From positions 1-64,000 of the forward strand of contig OY763415.1 in assembly GCA_963667565.1 (NCBI GenBank): a DNA stretch of 64,000 bases. The letters run 5' to 3'. A model generated the notes under the pieces. The model was not told where the DNA came from. It worked only from the letters and a program-made list of their open reading frames with translations, and ran no database searches. Source of the DNA: Acholeplasmataceae bacterium (GTDB taxonomy: Bacteria > Bacillota_I > Bacilli_A > Acholeplasmatales > Acholeplasmataceae). How positions within the stretch are numbered: position 1 is the first letter of the stretch; each line of letters begins with the position of its first letter. A program made the translations under genes and the position numbers. This document shows positions 44,331 through 53,979 of this stretch, one piece after another.

Positions 44331-45047
44331 TTAGTTTGTATAATAAATATCATCATCTGAGACATCATCACTATCAATGACATAATTGCCGTGATGTGTA
44401 TCATCTCTTTGTTCTTTTCTTGGTTTTGGACCTTTAATTGATGTGAGCATTAAATACATAAGTCCAATCCCTGTTAAAAACCCACCTAAATGTCCATATA
44501 TACTGATATTAGGGGCAATAAATGTGAAGATGACGTTAATGACGACCAATGAACGAATCGACCTAATGCCATAAGGTGTAAATAAGCGTGGACGTTGATA
44601 GGTAAGGATGAGTAATGCACCCATAATACCAAACAATGCACCAGATGCACCAATGGTAGGCACATTAGAATTCATACTCATAAGCCATACAAGCAAAGAT
44701 GAACCCAAACCAGCAATCATATAGATGGTGATATATTTAACTTTACCCAATAAGTCTTCAACAAAGCCACCTATAATATATAAGAAATAACTATTCATTA
44801 AAAAGTGTAGAATACTACCATGTAAAAACATTGCAGTTAATAATCGATAATACTCACCTTGATTTGTAATTAAAGAAGGTACTAAAGCTCCAAGATTGAT
44901 TAATACATCACTATGATAAGTAAATAAGGATTGACTTAAGATGGATGCGATGATAGCCATGATTGTATTGATAGATAATAAGATAAATGTTACGGGGTGT
45001 TTTTTGTAAGCACGCACTAAGCGGTCATAAAATGTTTGTTGTTGCAT
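44331..45047 (-). CDS. Rhomboid intramembrane serine protease
   Basis: YYRLLTAMFLH, HFLMN, GASGA, HLGG. Confidence 0.95.
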   Translation of the reverse strand: MQQQTFYDRLVRAYKKHPVTFILLSINTIMAIIASILSQSLFTYHSDVLINLGALVPSLITNQGEYYRLLTAMFLHGSILHFLMNSYFLYIIGGFVEDLLGKVKYITIYMIAGLGSSLLVWLMSMNSNVPTIGASGALFGIMGALLILTYQRPRLFTPYGIRSIRSLVVINVIFTFIAPNISIYGHLGGFLTGIGLMYLMLTSIKGPKPRKEQRDDTHHGNYVIDSDDVSDDDIYYTN

Positions 45048-45204
45048 TTTGATCACTCCTTCACTCATATTTTACAAAAAAACGTTAAAATCACAAAGCC
45101 AAATCATCAAAAATTATAATTATGGAAAAAGAACCATAATTTGAATAAGGCATCAAAGTTTTATTTTTCATATAAAAAAGGTAAAATAAAAGTGAGGTGA
45201 ACAT

Positions 45205-46149
45205 ATGCCAAAAAGTAAAGTCGTTATCGTTGGTACAGGTATGGTAGGCATGAGTTATGCATATTCATTACTTAACCAAGGGACAGTTGAAGAATTAGTA
45301 TTAATTGATATTGATAAAGAACGTGCATTAGGAGAAGCAATGGATCTAAACCATGGACTTTCATATGCACCAAGAAAAATGAAAATTTATGCAGGAGAAT
45401 ACAGCGATTGTAAGGATGCAGATATCGTTGTTATCACTGCGGGTGTCAACCAAAAAGATGGAGAAACTAGAATTGATTTATTAAACCGCAATGCTGCAAT
45501 TATGAAAGCAGTTGTTAATCAAGTCATGGCTAGTGGATTTAATGGTATTATTTTAGTTGCATCTAACCCAGTAGATATTTTAGCTTATGTTGCATGGAAA
45601 GCATCAGGATTGCCATCATCAAGAGTCTTTGGTAGTGGTACGTCACTTGATACTGCACGTTTAAGATTTGAAATTGCACAACGTATTCACATTTCAGTTA
45701 AAAACATTCATGCTTATATTATGGGTGAACATGGTGACACTGAATTTGCATGTTGGTCTAATGCTTATATTGGATCAAAACCATTAACTGATGTTATTGA
45801 TACAATGGAAGGTATTGAACTTTCTGATTTAGAAGAAATTCATCAAGATGTTAAAAATGCTGCATATGAAATTATAAAACGTAAGAAAGCAACTTATTAT
45901 GGTATTGGTATGACACTTGTAAGTATTACTTCAGCAATTATCAATAATGAGAATAGAATCGTTCCAATTTCGGTATACAATGATGGTATTTATGATATTG
46001 ATAAAGATTTATATATTGGACTCCCTGCTGTTTTAAATGCTGATGGCGTCCATCATGTTGTTAAAATTAAATTAAATGAAAAAGAAGATGGACAATTAAA
46101 ACATTCTGCATCGGTATTAAAAAATATTTTAGATCAAATGGAATTTTAA
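45205..46149 (+). CDS. ldh: L-lactate dehydrogenase
   Basis: GTGMVG, AGVNQKDGETRIDL, SNPVD, LDTAR, GEHGD. Confidence 0.96.
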   Translation: MPKSKVVIVGTGMVGMSYAYSLLNQGTVEELVLIDIDKERALGEAMDLNHGLSYAPRKMKIYAGEYSDCKDADIVVITAGVNQKDGETRIDLLNRNAAIMKAVVNQVMASGFNGIILVASNPVDILAYVAWKASGLPSSRVFGSGTSLDTARLRFEIAQRIHISVKNIHAYIMGEHGDTEFACWSNAYIGSKPLTDVIDTMEGIELSDLEEIHQDVKNAAYEIIKRKKATYYGIGMTLVSITSAIINNENRIVPISVYNDGIYDIDKDLYIGLPAVLNADGVHHVVKIKLNEKEDGQLKHSASVLKNILDQMEF

Positions 46150-46240
46150 AAAGGATATAGCAATATATCTTTTTTTATCGGATAATTGAATATTATATAT
46201 ATTCATGTTATGCTTTAAGTAAACTATTTTAAGGAGTTTA

Positions 46241-47470
46241 ATGATGATATTTATAATAAGTTTAATTTTAGTGATGTTTATTTTGAAATTAGTGATTTCA
46301 ATTTTAAATTATAATCACTCTATCAAAAGTGTTCCAGAAAATGTAGCACACATTTATAATCAAGAAGTGTATCAAAAATGGTTAGATTATCACAGAGATC
46401 AAATGAAATTTGGACTTATCTCAAAAAGCGTGAGTTTAATTGTCATTTTATTGCTGCTCATATTTAAAGTCTTTGGATGGTTAGAAGCTTTAAGTTTAGA
46501 AATGAGTAGTTCAGTATATCTACAAACACTTATCTTTTTAGGCATTTATTTTTTATTTGATGTAATTATTGCAATTCCGTTTGATTATTATTTAACGTTT
46601 GTCATTGAAGAAAAACATGGATTTAATAAATCAACAAAGAAAACATTTTGGATGGATCAAATCAAAAATTTCTTATTAACTTTTGTTTTAATGGGCGGTA
46701 TTATTTTAGGTTTACTTGCTATCTATAGAGCATTTGTTGATCAAATATGGGTATTTATTTTAGGTGCTTGGCTTGTCTTAACCGCGGTTATGATTTTAAT
46801 GTTTTTACTTAATACAAAAGTGTTTGTTAAATTATTTAATAAGTTAACACCGCTTGAAGAAGGAAGTTTAAAATCAAGTATTGATGCACTTGCATCTAAA
46901 CTTGGATTTGAAATTAATAAAATAAGCGTGATGGATGCATCTAGAAGATCAACGAAACTCAACGCATTTTTTAGCGGATTAGGTAAGCAAAGAGATGTTG
47001 TCTTATATGATACATTGATTGAAAAAATGAGCGAAGAGCAAATACTTGCAGTATTAGGTCATGAGCTTAGTCATGCACTTCATAAAGATACGACTAAAAT
47101 GCTTATAGAACAAATATTAGTCTTTGGTGTCTTTGCATCATTTATTGGATTCATTCTTAATTGGACAAGTCTTTTTACAGATTTAGGATTACAAGGCATT
47201 AATTTTGGATTTGCGATGATTTTATTTTCTATTTTAATGGAACCTATTTCAATGCTTATCGGTATTCCAACAAACTATTTGTCTAGAGTTGCAGAATATA
47301 GAGCTGATAAATTTGGAGCAGAACATGTTTCCAAAGAAGCAATGATTTCTGCTTTAGAAGTGATTTCAAGAGAGAACTTTGCTAACTTAAACCCACATCC
47401 TTTATTTGTAACACTTTACTATAATCACCCAACGACTTCTGATAGAATCAAGGCGATTAACGCACAATGA
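46241..47470 (+). CDS. M48 zinc metallopeptidase (Ste24/CAAX type)
   Basis: RSTKLNAFFSG, GHELSH (HExxH), EYRAD, HPTTSDRI. Confidence 0.93.
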   Translation: MMIFIISLILVMFILKLVISILNYNHSIKSVPENVAHIYNQEVYQKWLDYHRDQMKFGLISKSVSLIVILLLLIFKVFGWLEALSLEMSSSVYLQTLIFLGIYFLFDVIIAIPFDYYLTFVIEEKHGFNKSTKKTFWMDQIKNFLLTFVLMGGIILGLLAIYRAFVDQIWVFILGAWLVLTAVMILMFLLNTKVFVKLFNKLTPLEEGSLKSSIDALASKLGFEINKISVMDASRRSTKLNAFFSGLGKQRDVVLYDTLIEKMSEEQILAVLGHELSHALHKDTTKMLIEQILVFGVFASFIGFILNWTSLFTDLGLQGINFGFAMILFSILMEPISMLIGIPTNYLSRVAEYRADKFGAEHVSKEAMISALEVISRENFANLNPHPLFVTLYYNHPTTSDRIKAINAQ

Positions 47471-48846
47471 ATCAAAATCGACTCATTCATCTAAAAGATG
47501 GAAAACAAAAAGGTGACTATGTTATTTATTGGATGCAACAGTCACAAAGAATTCACGATAATCATGCGTTAAACTTTGCAGCTGACATCGCCAATAAAAA
47601 CAATTTGCCTCTCGTTGTGTTTTTCGCTTTATACAGCAATTATCCCGAAGCAAATGAACGCAGCTTCGCATTTATGCTTGAAGGATTATATGACGTTAAA
47701 AAATGGCTAGAAAATCAAGGTGTGAATTTTGTTTTAAGAATAGGACAAGCACAAGAAGTCATCTTTGATTATTTAAGAGATGCTTATAGTCTTGTCATGG
47801 ATTATGGATATTTAAAACATCAAAAAATGTGGCGAAAAAACATATTGGATAGAATTATTAACGAAGATCTTAATTGTTCCATAGACATGATTGATACAGA
47901 TATGATTGTACCTGTCAAAGTAGCAAGTGATAAAAGAGAATACGGTGCTTACACATTAAGACCTAAACTTATGAAGATACTAGATCAGTATAGAGACTCT
48001 GATCCACTACCTCCACTTAAGAATACAAAACAACTCAATCTTAAGTTTGATGATGACTTATCAGATGTTGATATGTTATTAAAAAAACTCAATGTTGATC
48101 AATCGGTTCCCAGAAGTCCTTTCTTCAAAGGAGGATATTTAGAAGCGTCACATACGTTTTCTAAATTTTTATATAAGGATTTAAAAGATTATAAAGATAG
48201 AAATGATCCATCAAGTCCTAAAGTATCACACATGAGTATGTATCTTCATTTTGGACAAATTAGTCCAAGAGAATTACTAGAACGCATGACTTTAGCGATG
48301 CTTCAAGATCAAATTGATCAAGCAAGTATCGATTCATTTATTGAACAACTTTACGTGAGAAGAGAACTTGCATTTAATTATGTCACATATCAAAAAAATT
48401 ATGATATATTTGAGATGATGACACAACCCTGGGCATATAAGACGATGGAAGTTCATGAGAATGATCCAAGATTATATGTGTATTCAATTTATGATTATGA
48501 ATCTTTTCAAACACATGATGAAGCATTTAATGCTGCAATGATTGAAATGGTTGTTACTGGATACATGCACAATTATATGCGCATGTACTGGGCTAAGAAA
48601 ATCATCGAATGGACACCAACATATAAAGAAGCATATGAAACCATCATGTATCTCAATAATAAATATTTTATTGATGGTAGAGATGCAAATAGCTATGCAG
48701 GTGTTGCTTGGTGTTTTGGAAATCATGATCGACCTTGGACAGAAAGAGAAATTTTTGGACAATTGCGTTATATGAATTTTAGTGGACTTAAGCGAAAGTT
48801 TGATATTGATCTATATATTCAAAAAATGAGAAATCTGGTGAAATAA
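47467..48846 (+). CDS. phr: Class II CPD DNA photolyase
   Basis: YWMQQSQRIHDNHAL, EYGAYTLRPKL, SMYLHFGQIS, GYMHNYMRMYWAKK, IDGRDANSY, HDRPW. Confidence 0.93.
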   Translation: MNQNRLIHLKDGKQKGDYVIYWMQQSQRIHDNHALNFAADIANKNNLPLVVFFALYSNYPEANERSFAFMLEGLYDVKKWLENQGVNFVLRIGQAQEVIFDYLRDAYSLVMDYGYLKHQKMWRKNILDRIINEDLNCSIDMIDTDMIVPVKVASDKREYGAYTLRPKLMKILDQYRDSDPLPPLKNTKQLNLKFDDDLSDVDMLLKKLNVDQSVPRSPFFKGGYLEASHTFSKFLYKDLKDYKDRNDPSSPKVSHMSMYLHFGQISPRELLERMTLAMLQDQIDQASIDSFIEQLYVRRELAFNYVTYQKNYDIFEMMTQPWAYKTMEVHENDPRLYVYSIYDYESFQTHDEAFNAAMIEMVVTGYMHNYMRMYWAKKIIEWTPTYKEAYETIMYLNNKYFIDGRDANSYAGVAWCFGNHDRPWTEREIFGQLRYMNFSGLKRKFDIDLYIQKMRNLVK

Positions 48847-48847
48847 A

Positions 48848-49180
48848 ATGGAATTACTAAAGAAATTTTTAAAATACTACATGTTTTTACTTGGTGCATT
48901 TATCGTACTGATGGCATTTGATTGTTTTGGAACAAGCGAAACTTTTTGGTATGAACTTGCTTGTTTTGGAATCAGTATCTTACCAGGGGTTGCTATTGTG
49001 TTAGTCGTTTGGTTTCTTAGACATAAAGACCGTGTATTAAGATGGATTACTTTAGCACTCGCTATTGGTTTCTTCATCTTATTTAAGATGTATCACTTCA
49101 GTGATCAATGGCCGATCATACTTATCATATTTATTCCGATGACTTCTTATTCATTATTAGCGTTTATGAAAAACAAATAG
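48848..49180 (+). CDS. Small membrane protein (4 TM)
   Basis: Hydrophobic; translationally coupled to phr. Confidence 0.7.
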   Translation: MELLKKFLKYYMFLLGAFIVLMAFDCFGTSETFWYELACFGISILPGVAIVLVVWFLRHKDRVLRWITLALAIGFFILFKMYHFSDQWPIILIIFIPMTSYSLLAFMKNK

Positions 49181-49314
49181 AGTTTTACGATAACATTTAG
49201 ATTGTTTATGTTGAGTGATTTTAAAAATCACCATACGTATTCAATCTTTTTTTATTAAGTTACGAGTTTTATTAATTACTCATTTACCTTCCAGTTACAA
49301 AAGTATGCCTTTAA

Positions 49315-49363
49315 TGTTGCTTATGTGCCAATTTAATGCTATAATATAGGCACATAAGCAACA
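49315..49363 (+). promoter_or_regulatory. abiE promoter with 15-bp perfect inverted repeat (AbiEi operator)
   Basis: TGTTGCTTATGTGCC (49315-29), N19, GGCACATAAGCAACA (49349-63); -35 TTGCTT at 49317-22, N17, TGc-TATAAT at 49337-45. Confidence 0.9.
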
Positions 49364-49378
49364 AAGGAGTGATAAATA

Positions 49379-49966
49379 ATGGATTATGAAAATATGATTA
49401 TCAGATATATGGAAAATCATCAAGGATATATTACAAATAAAGAAGCCATACAATTAGGGGTACCTACGGTTTATTTAACAAGAATGATGAATAAAAATAA
49501 AATAAATAAAGTTGAGAGAGGCATTTATATGCTTCCAACTATTTTTGAAGACAATTTATACATCTATTATTTGCGTTACAATAAAATAGTTTATTCAGGT
49601 CAAACAGCCTTAGTAATTAATGAAATGTCCAATACATCTTTAAGAAAAATAGAAGCCAATGTGCCACATAATTATAATACACATAGAATTAACGATTTCA
49701 AAGTCAATAGAGTAAGTAATGTAATCTATAATTTAGGTAAAGAAATGATTGAAACGGAATTTGGGAATAAAGTACCTACATATAATAAAGAAAGAGTGCT
49801 ATGCGATATTTATAGTGAAGATTATCTAGATACTGAAGCCCTTAATTATGCAATTAAAATCGCTAAAATGAAAAAAATAGATTATGAGCATCTTTATGAA
49901 TATTCAATTGCTTTAAATGTTTATGAAAAAATTAAATTTTTGCTGGAGATTCGAGATGAATATTGA
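49379..49966 (+). CDS. abiEi: Type IV TA antitoxin, AbiEi family
   Basis: wHTH GYIT...LGV...L.RM....I.KVERGIY; C-terminal domain SGQTAL, TEFGNKVPTYNKERVLCD. Confidence 0.9.
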   Translation: MDYENMIIRYMENHQGYITNKEAIQLGVPTVYLTRMMNKNKINKVERGIYMLPTIFEDNLYIYYLRYNKIVYSGQTALVINEMSNTSLRKIEANVPHNYNTHRINDFKVNRVSNVIYNLGKEMIETEFGNKVPTYNKERVLCDIYSEDYLDTEALNYAIKIAKMKKIDYEHLYEYSIALNVYEKIKFLLEIRDEY

Positions 49967-51347
49967 AAAATTAAAGAGCGAAATTAGAAAAACTGCGGCT
50001 CTGAACAATATTACAGTTCAAGAAATGTGGGATAAATATTTTTTTGAAACATTTTTAGTTAGACTTTCAAAAAGTGAATTTGTATCTAATTTTGTTTTAA
50101 AAGGTGGGTTTCTACTTGAGAATATCATAGGTGTAGAACATAGAACAACTTTAGATCTTGATTTCAGCTATCGTTTAAACGATATTAATGAAATGGCGTT
50201 AAGACAAAAAATCAATAGCATAATAGAAATTGAAAATAGAGAAGTTAAATTACAAATCAAAGACATAAATTCAATTGCTGATCAAGATAAATATCAAGGG
50301 TTTAGGGTTAGAGTTTTTGCTAGTATAGGGAATATAAGAAAAACATTTAGCATTGATATTGCAACTGGTGATACCATAACTCCCTCACCTCAACGATTAG
50401 AATATAAAACTTTATTAACTGAAGAAAAAATATACTTACAAAGCTATAATATCGAAACGATGCTTGCAGAAAAATTTCAAACAGTTATTGAAAGAAATGT
50501 TTCAAATACACGTATGAAAGATTTTTATGATATTTACGTTTTAATCCATCACAAAGATTTAGACAAAGACTTATTTCATGATGTGCTAGTGAACACATTT
50601 GAAACAAGAAAAACAAGCATCAGAAAAACTGATATTGAAGTTATTTTGAAAAAAATTAAAGATTCAAAATTACTCGAGAAATCATATCATGATTACAGTA
50701 AGAAAACATCCTTTGCCAAGGATGTTAAATATAACGAAATCACTGATGCATTTGAGAAAACCAAAAATATGATTAAATATCAAGATGAATTCCATCTACA
50801 ATTTAAATCTTTTATATTGATTAGACATGGTGAGGATGATCAAAACAAACTAGGTGGTTGGTCTCATAGTGATCTTACAGACCTAGGCGTTATTCAAATT
50901 AAAAAACTAAAGAAAGAAATTGAAAATAAGGTAGTGCGTGATCAAGAAAACATTGTTATTTCAAGTGACTTAAAACGTGCTAGCGACACAACAAAACTAT
51001 TATTTGGAACTGATTATCGAGTTATATTTGAAAAAGATTTAAGAGAGTGTAATAATGGAGATTTAGCAAACTTAAATAAAGAAACTTTCAATGAAAAATA
51101 TCCTGGTTTGTATTTTCATAGTTTAAAGTATGAGCAAAAGTATCCGAATGGCGAATCTCCTAATGATTATTATGAAAGAATAAAAGAGTTTATGAAAAAA
51201 ATAAATGATGAATATAGTAACAAACATTTGATTGTTGTTGCTCATTTAGGAACATATGGCATCATGAAGTCAATGATTAACGGCATTGTCTGGTCTAATC
51301 AACAAAAATATAGATTGGGATATGCTGAATATTTTGAATTTGTTTAA
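49956..51347 (+). CDS. abiEii: AbiEii nucleotidyltransferase toxin fused to a C-terminal histidine phosphatase (463 aa)
   Basis: FVLKGG, RTTLDLD, DIATGD, LAEK, RMKDFYD, then LIRHG, SSDLKRA, LRECNNG, YPNGES, VVAH in one frame; ATG 49956 overlaps the abiEi end. Confidence 0.88.
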   Translation: MNIEKLKSEIRKTAALNNITVQEMWDKYFFETFLVRLSKSEFVSNFVLKGGFLLENIIGVEHRTTLDLDFSYRLNDINEMALRQKINSIIEIENREVKLQIKDINSIADQDKYQGFRVRVFASIGNIRKTFSIDIATGDTITPSPQRLEYKTLLTEEKIYLQSYNIETMLAEKFQTVIERNVSNTRMKDFYDIYVLIHHKDLDKDLFHDVLVNTFETRKTSIRKTDIEVILKKIKDSKLLEKSYHDYSKKTSFAKDVKYNEITDAFEKTKNMIKYQDEFHLQFKSFILIRHGEDDQNKLGGWSHSDLTDLGVIQIKKLKKEIENKVVRDQENIVISSDLKRASDTTKLLFGTDYRVIFEKDLRECNNGDLANLNKETFNEKYPGLYFHSLKYEQKYPNGESPNDYYERIKEFMKKINDEYSNKHLIVVAHLGTYGIMKSMINGIVWSNQQKYRLGYAEYFEFV

Positions 51348-51396
51348 TAAGTTAAAAATAATGAAATGATAATTTAAACTTTACTTAATCAAATTG

Positions 51397-51427
51397 AAAA
51401 GAAGACACAAAATTGTGTCTTCTTTTT
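51397..51427. terminator. Bidirectional terminator
   Basis: aaaagaagacacaa / ttgtgtcttctttt. Confidence 0.85.
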
Positions 51428-51443
51428 AGTGGTATCCAAATCT

Positions 51444-52712
51444 TTATTTTTGTTTAGGTTTATCTAATAAAGTTAAAAAGAAATTTAATACGATTCCAAC
51501 GATAGCAGCTAAACTCATATTACTTAATGCTGCATTTGCACTAATTTGAATGGTTGCACCACCTAATCCTAAAACAAGCATGGTTGATACAACAATCAGA
51601 TTTTTCATTTTACTTAAATCTGTATGATCTTTAATTAAGACTTTTACACCATTAGAAGCAATCAATCCATAAAGGATGACTGTCATACCACCAATGACTG
51701 CCCATGGGATACTTGTAATAAATGCTTGTATATATCCAAAGAATCCTAAGAAGATGGCAAATATCGCTGCTAAACCTATCACCCAGACAGAACCAACTTT
51801 TGTAATTGCGATCACACCTGTGTTTTCACCATATGTAGTATTTGCTGGACCACCAATAGCACCAGATACAAATGTTGCAAGTCCATCACCTAAAAGGGTT
51901 TTATTTAAACCAGGATCAGTAATGAAATCATTTCCTGTAATTTCGCCTAAGACAACATGATCACCTATATGTTCTGCGATAGTGACAAATGCGAGTGGTG
52001 CAAACACTAAGACTTGTGAGAAATCAAAATTGTAACCATTTAATCCAAAAACTGTAAAATTTGGAATTTGGAAGAATTTCACATTTGAAAATACAGAATA
52101 ATCAACAATCCCAAAAATCATTGCAAATAAATAACCGACAAGAATGGCAAGCAAGAAAGGAACAATTTTTATAAATCCCTTACCTTTAATTGAGAAAAAT
52201 ACGACAGATAAGAAAGTAACTAAGGCAACAAGCGGTTCTTTCCATGTTGCGGAACCATCAAGACCTGTACTTGAAACTGCGACTGGAGCAAGTGTCATTC
52301 CGATGATGATAATCATGGGTCCAATAACAACAGGTGGCAACAACTTTTTAATCCAGGCACTACCCACAAAATAGATGATTAACGCGATGAGCATATAAAT
52401 AAGCCCGACAACCATCAATCCAATATAAGCACTTTCGAATCCACCCGTATTAGCAACTGCTAAACTGATTGTAGATATGTATGCAAAACTACTTCCTAAA
52501 TAAACGGGAACTTTTCCACGAGTGCTTGCGATATAGATGAGTGTACCAATACCACTAGCAACTAATGCAACACCAACATCAAGACCTGTAAGAAGTGGAA
52601 CTAAGACAGTTGCACCAAACATTGCAAACACATGTTGCAAACTTAAAATGATCCAATGACCTACACTTTGAGGCTTTTCTTGGATACCAACGGAAAGCTT
52701 TTGATCTAACAT
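51444..52712 (-). CDS. uraA: Uracil permease (NCS2 family)
   Basis: LQHVFAMFGATVLVP, YLGSSFAY, AEHIGD, PANTTYGEN; RBS aggaga before ATG 52712. Confidence 0.93.
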   Translation of the reverse strand: MLDQKLSVGIQEKPQSVGHWIILSLQHVFAMFGATVLVPLLTGLDVGVALVASGIGTLIYIASTRGKVPVYLGSSFAYISTISLAVANTGGFESAYIGLMVVGLIYMLIALIIYFVGSAWIKKLLPPVVIGPMIIIIGMTLAPVAVSSTGLDGSATWKEPLVALVTFLSVVFFSIKGKGFIKIVPFLLAILVGYLFAMIFGIVDYSVFSNVKFFQIPNFTVFGLNGYNFDFSQVLVFAPLAFVTIAEHIGDHVVLGEITGNDFITDPGLNKTLLGDGLATFVSGAIGGPANTTYGENTGVIAITKVGSVWVIGLAAIFAIFLGFFGYIQAFITSIPWAVIGGMTVILYGLIASNGVKVLIKDHTDLSKMKNLIVVSTMLVLGLGGATIQISANAALSNMSLAAIVGIVLNFFLTLLDKPKQK

Positions 52713-52749
52713 AAACATTCTCCTTGTATTTAATTTTAAAGGCCTTAAC

Positions 52750-52834
52750 AAAAAAGGACACCTATGGGTATCCTTTAAGATTTTGGTATGGTTGTAGAAA
52801 TACCTTGTTATGCTCACGGGCATACCTTAAAGGA
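52750..52834 (-). ncRNA. PyrR-binding attenuator leader
   Basis: Minus strand CCUUUAA, UAUGC-CCGUGA-GCAUA hairpin with the CNGNGA loop, CAAGG closing; then terminator aaaggatacc-cata-ggtgtcctttttt. Confidence 0.8.
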
Positions 52835-52923
52835 CCTTCATTGTTACAAGTATATCATGAAATATTTAAAAGGCAATAAGATTTTACAAAAATATTGTTA
52901 TAATGAAGTTAGAGGTGATATGT

Positions 52924-53407
52924 GTGAAAGAAATGATGAATCAAGAACAAATTTCTAGAACAATTAAGCGTATGGCAGAGAAACACTGATCTTAAAAATT
53001 TGGTGTTTGTTGGTATAAAAAATAAGGGTGTACCGATTGCTTCAAAACTATCAGAACATTTACACAGATTTGCAGATGCTCACATTCCTGTGTACACTCT
53101 AGATATTACACCTTATAGAGATGATCATAAACAATCAGAGATTGATATCCCAAATACAGGCATGGAACTAGAAGGTAAAAATGTCATCATCATAGATGAT
53201 GTACTCTTTACTGGTAGATCTGTAAGGGCTGCAATGGATGCGATTAATGATTATGGAAGACCAGCAAAAATGCAATTAGCAATACTAATTGATAGAGGAC
53301 ACAGAGAGCTTCCAATTCGTGCAGATTATATAGGTAAAAATTTACCTACAAGTTATGATGAAAAAGTTGTTGTAGACATCAATGATAAAGTCTACATTGA
53401 TTCTTAA
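52924..53407 (+). pseudogene. pyrR: PyrR regulator / uracil phosphoribosyltransferase, frameshifted near 52978
   Basis: ISRTIKRMA in frame 1; GIKNKG, LDITPYRDD, IIDDVLFTGRSVRAA and DRGHRELPIRADYIGKN in frame 2. Confidence 0.88.
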
Positions 53408-53446
53408 TAAAAAAGTCAAATTTATATGAATCTATGCTTAAAAGTG

Positions 53447-53545
53447 TTGACAATTACTGTGTAATATAGTAATATTACATAGGTACATTTAGATTTAACT
53501 CCACTTAGCCCTTATTTCAAAATAAGAGAACATAAGGAGAACCAC
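53447..53545 (+). promoter_or_regulatory. rplM promoter and possible L13 leader
   Basis: TTGACA-N17-TAATAT; leader contains ACUCCACUUAGCCC, reminiscent of the Firmicute L13 leader core. Confidence 0.5.
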
Positions 53546-53547
53546 AA

Positions 53548-53976
53548 ATGAAAACATTTATGGCAAACGAACAAACCATTACGCGTAAATGGTTCGTCGT
53601 AGATGCAGAAAACAAAACTTTAGGACGCTTAGCGACTGAAGTTGCATCAGTTTTAAAAGGCAAACATAAACCAACCTACACTCCTCACGTAGATAGTGGT
53701 GACTATGTCATTGTCGTCAACGCAGAAAAAATTAAATTAACTGGTAAGAAATGGGATCAAAAAATGTATTATAGCCACTCTGGTTATAATGGCGGTCTTT
53801 CAAGCACTGCAGCGAAAGATGTTATGAAAAAATTTCCAACTAGAATGGTTGAAAAAGCAATTGTTGGTATGTTGCCACATACTAAACTAGGTGCACAAAT
53901 GGCGAAAAAACTTTTCGTTTATGCTGGCCCAGAACACAAACACTCTGCACAACAACCAGAAACATTGGAGGTATAA
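53548..53976 (+). CDS. rplM: 50S ribosomal protein L13
   Basis: [26 protein letters not shown]. Confidence 0.98.
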   Translation: MKTFMANEQTITRKWFVVDAENKTLGRLATEVASVLKGKHKPTYTPHVDSGDYVIVVNAEKIKLTGKKWDQKMYYSHSGYNGGLSSTAAKDVMKKFPTRMVEKAIVGMLPHTKLGAQMAKKLFVYAGPEHKHSAQQPETLEV

Positions 53977-53979
53977 CAC

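Noticed and set aside
52713..52823. N-terminal extension of uraA in the ORF track
   Set aside because: It runs through the PyrR attenuator; the RBS supports the start at 52712.
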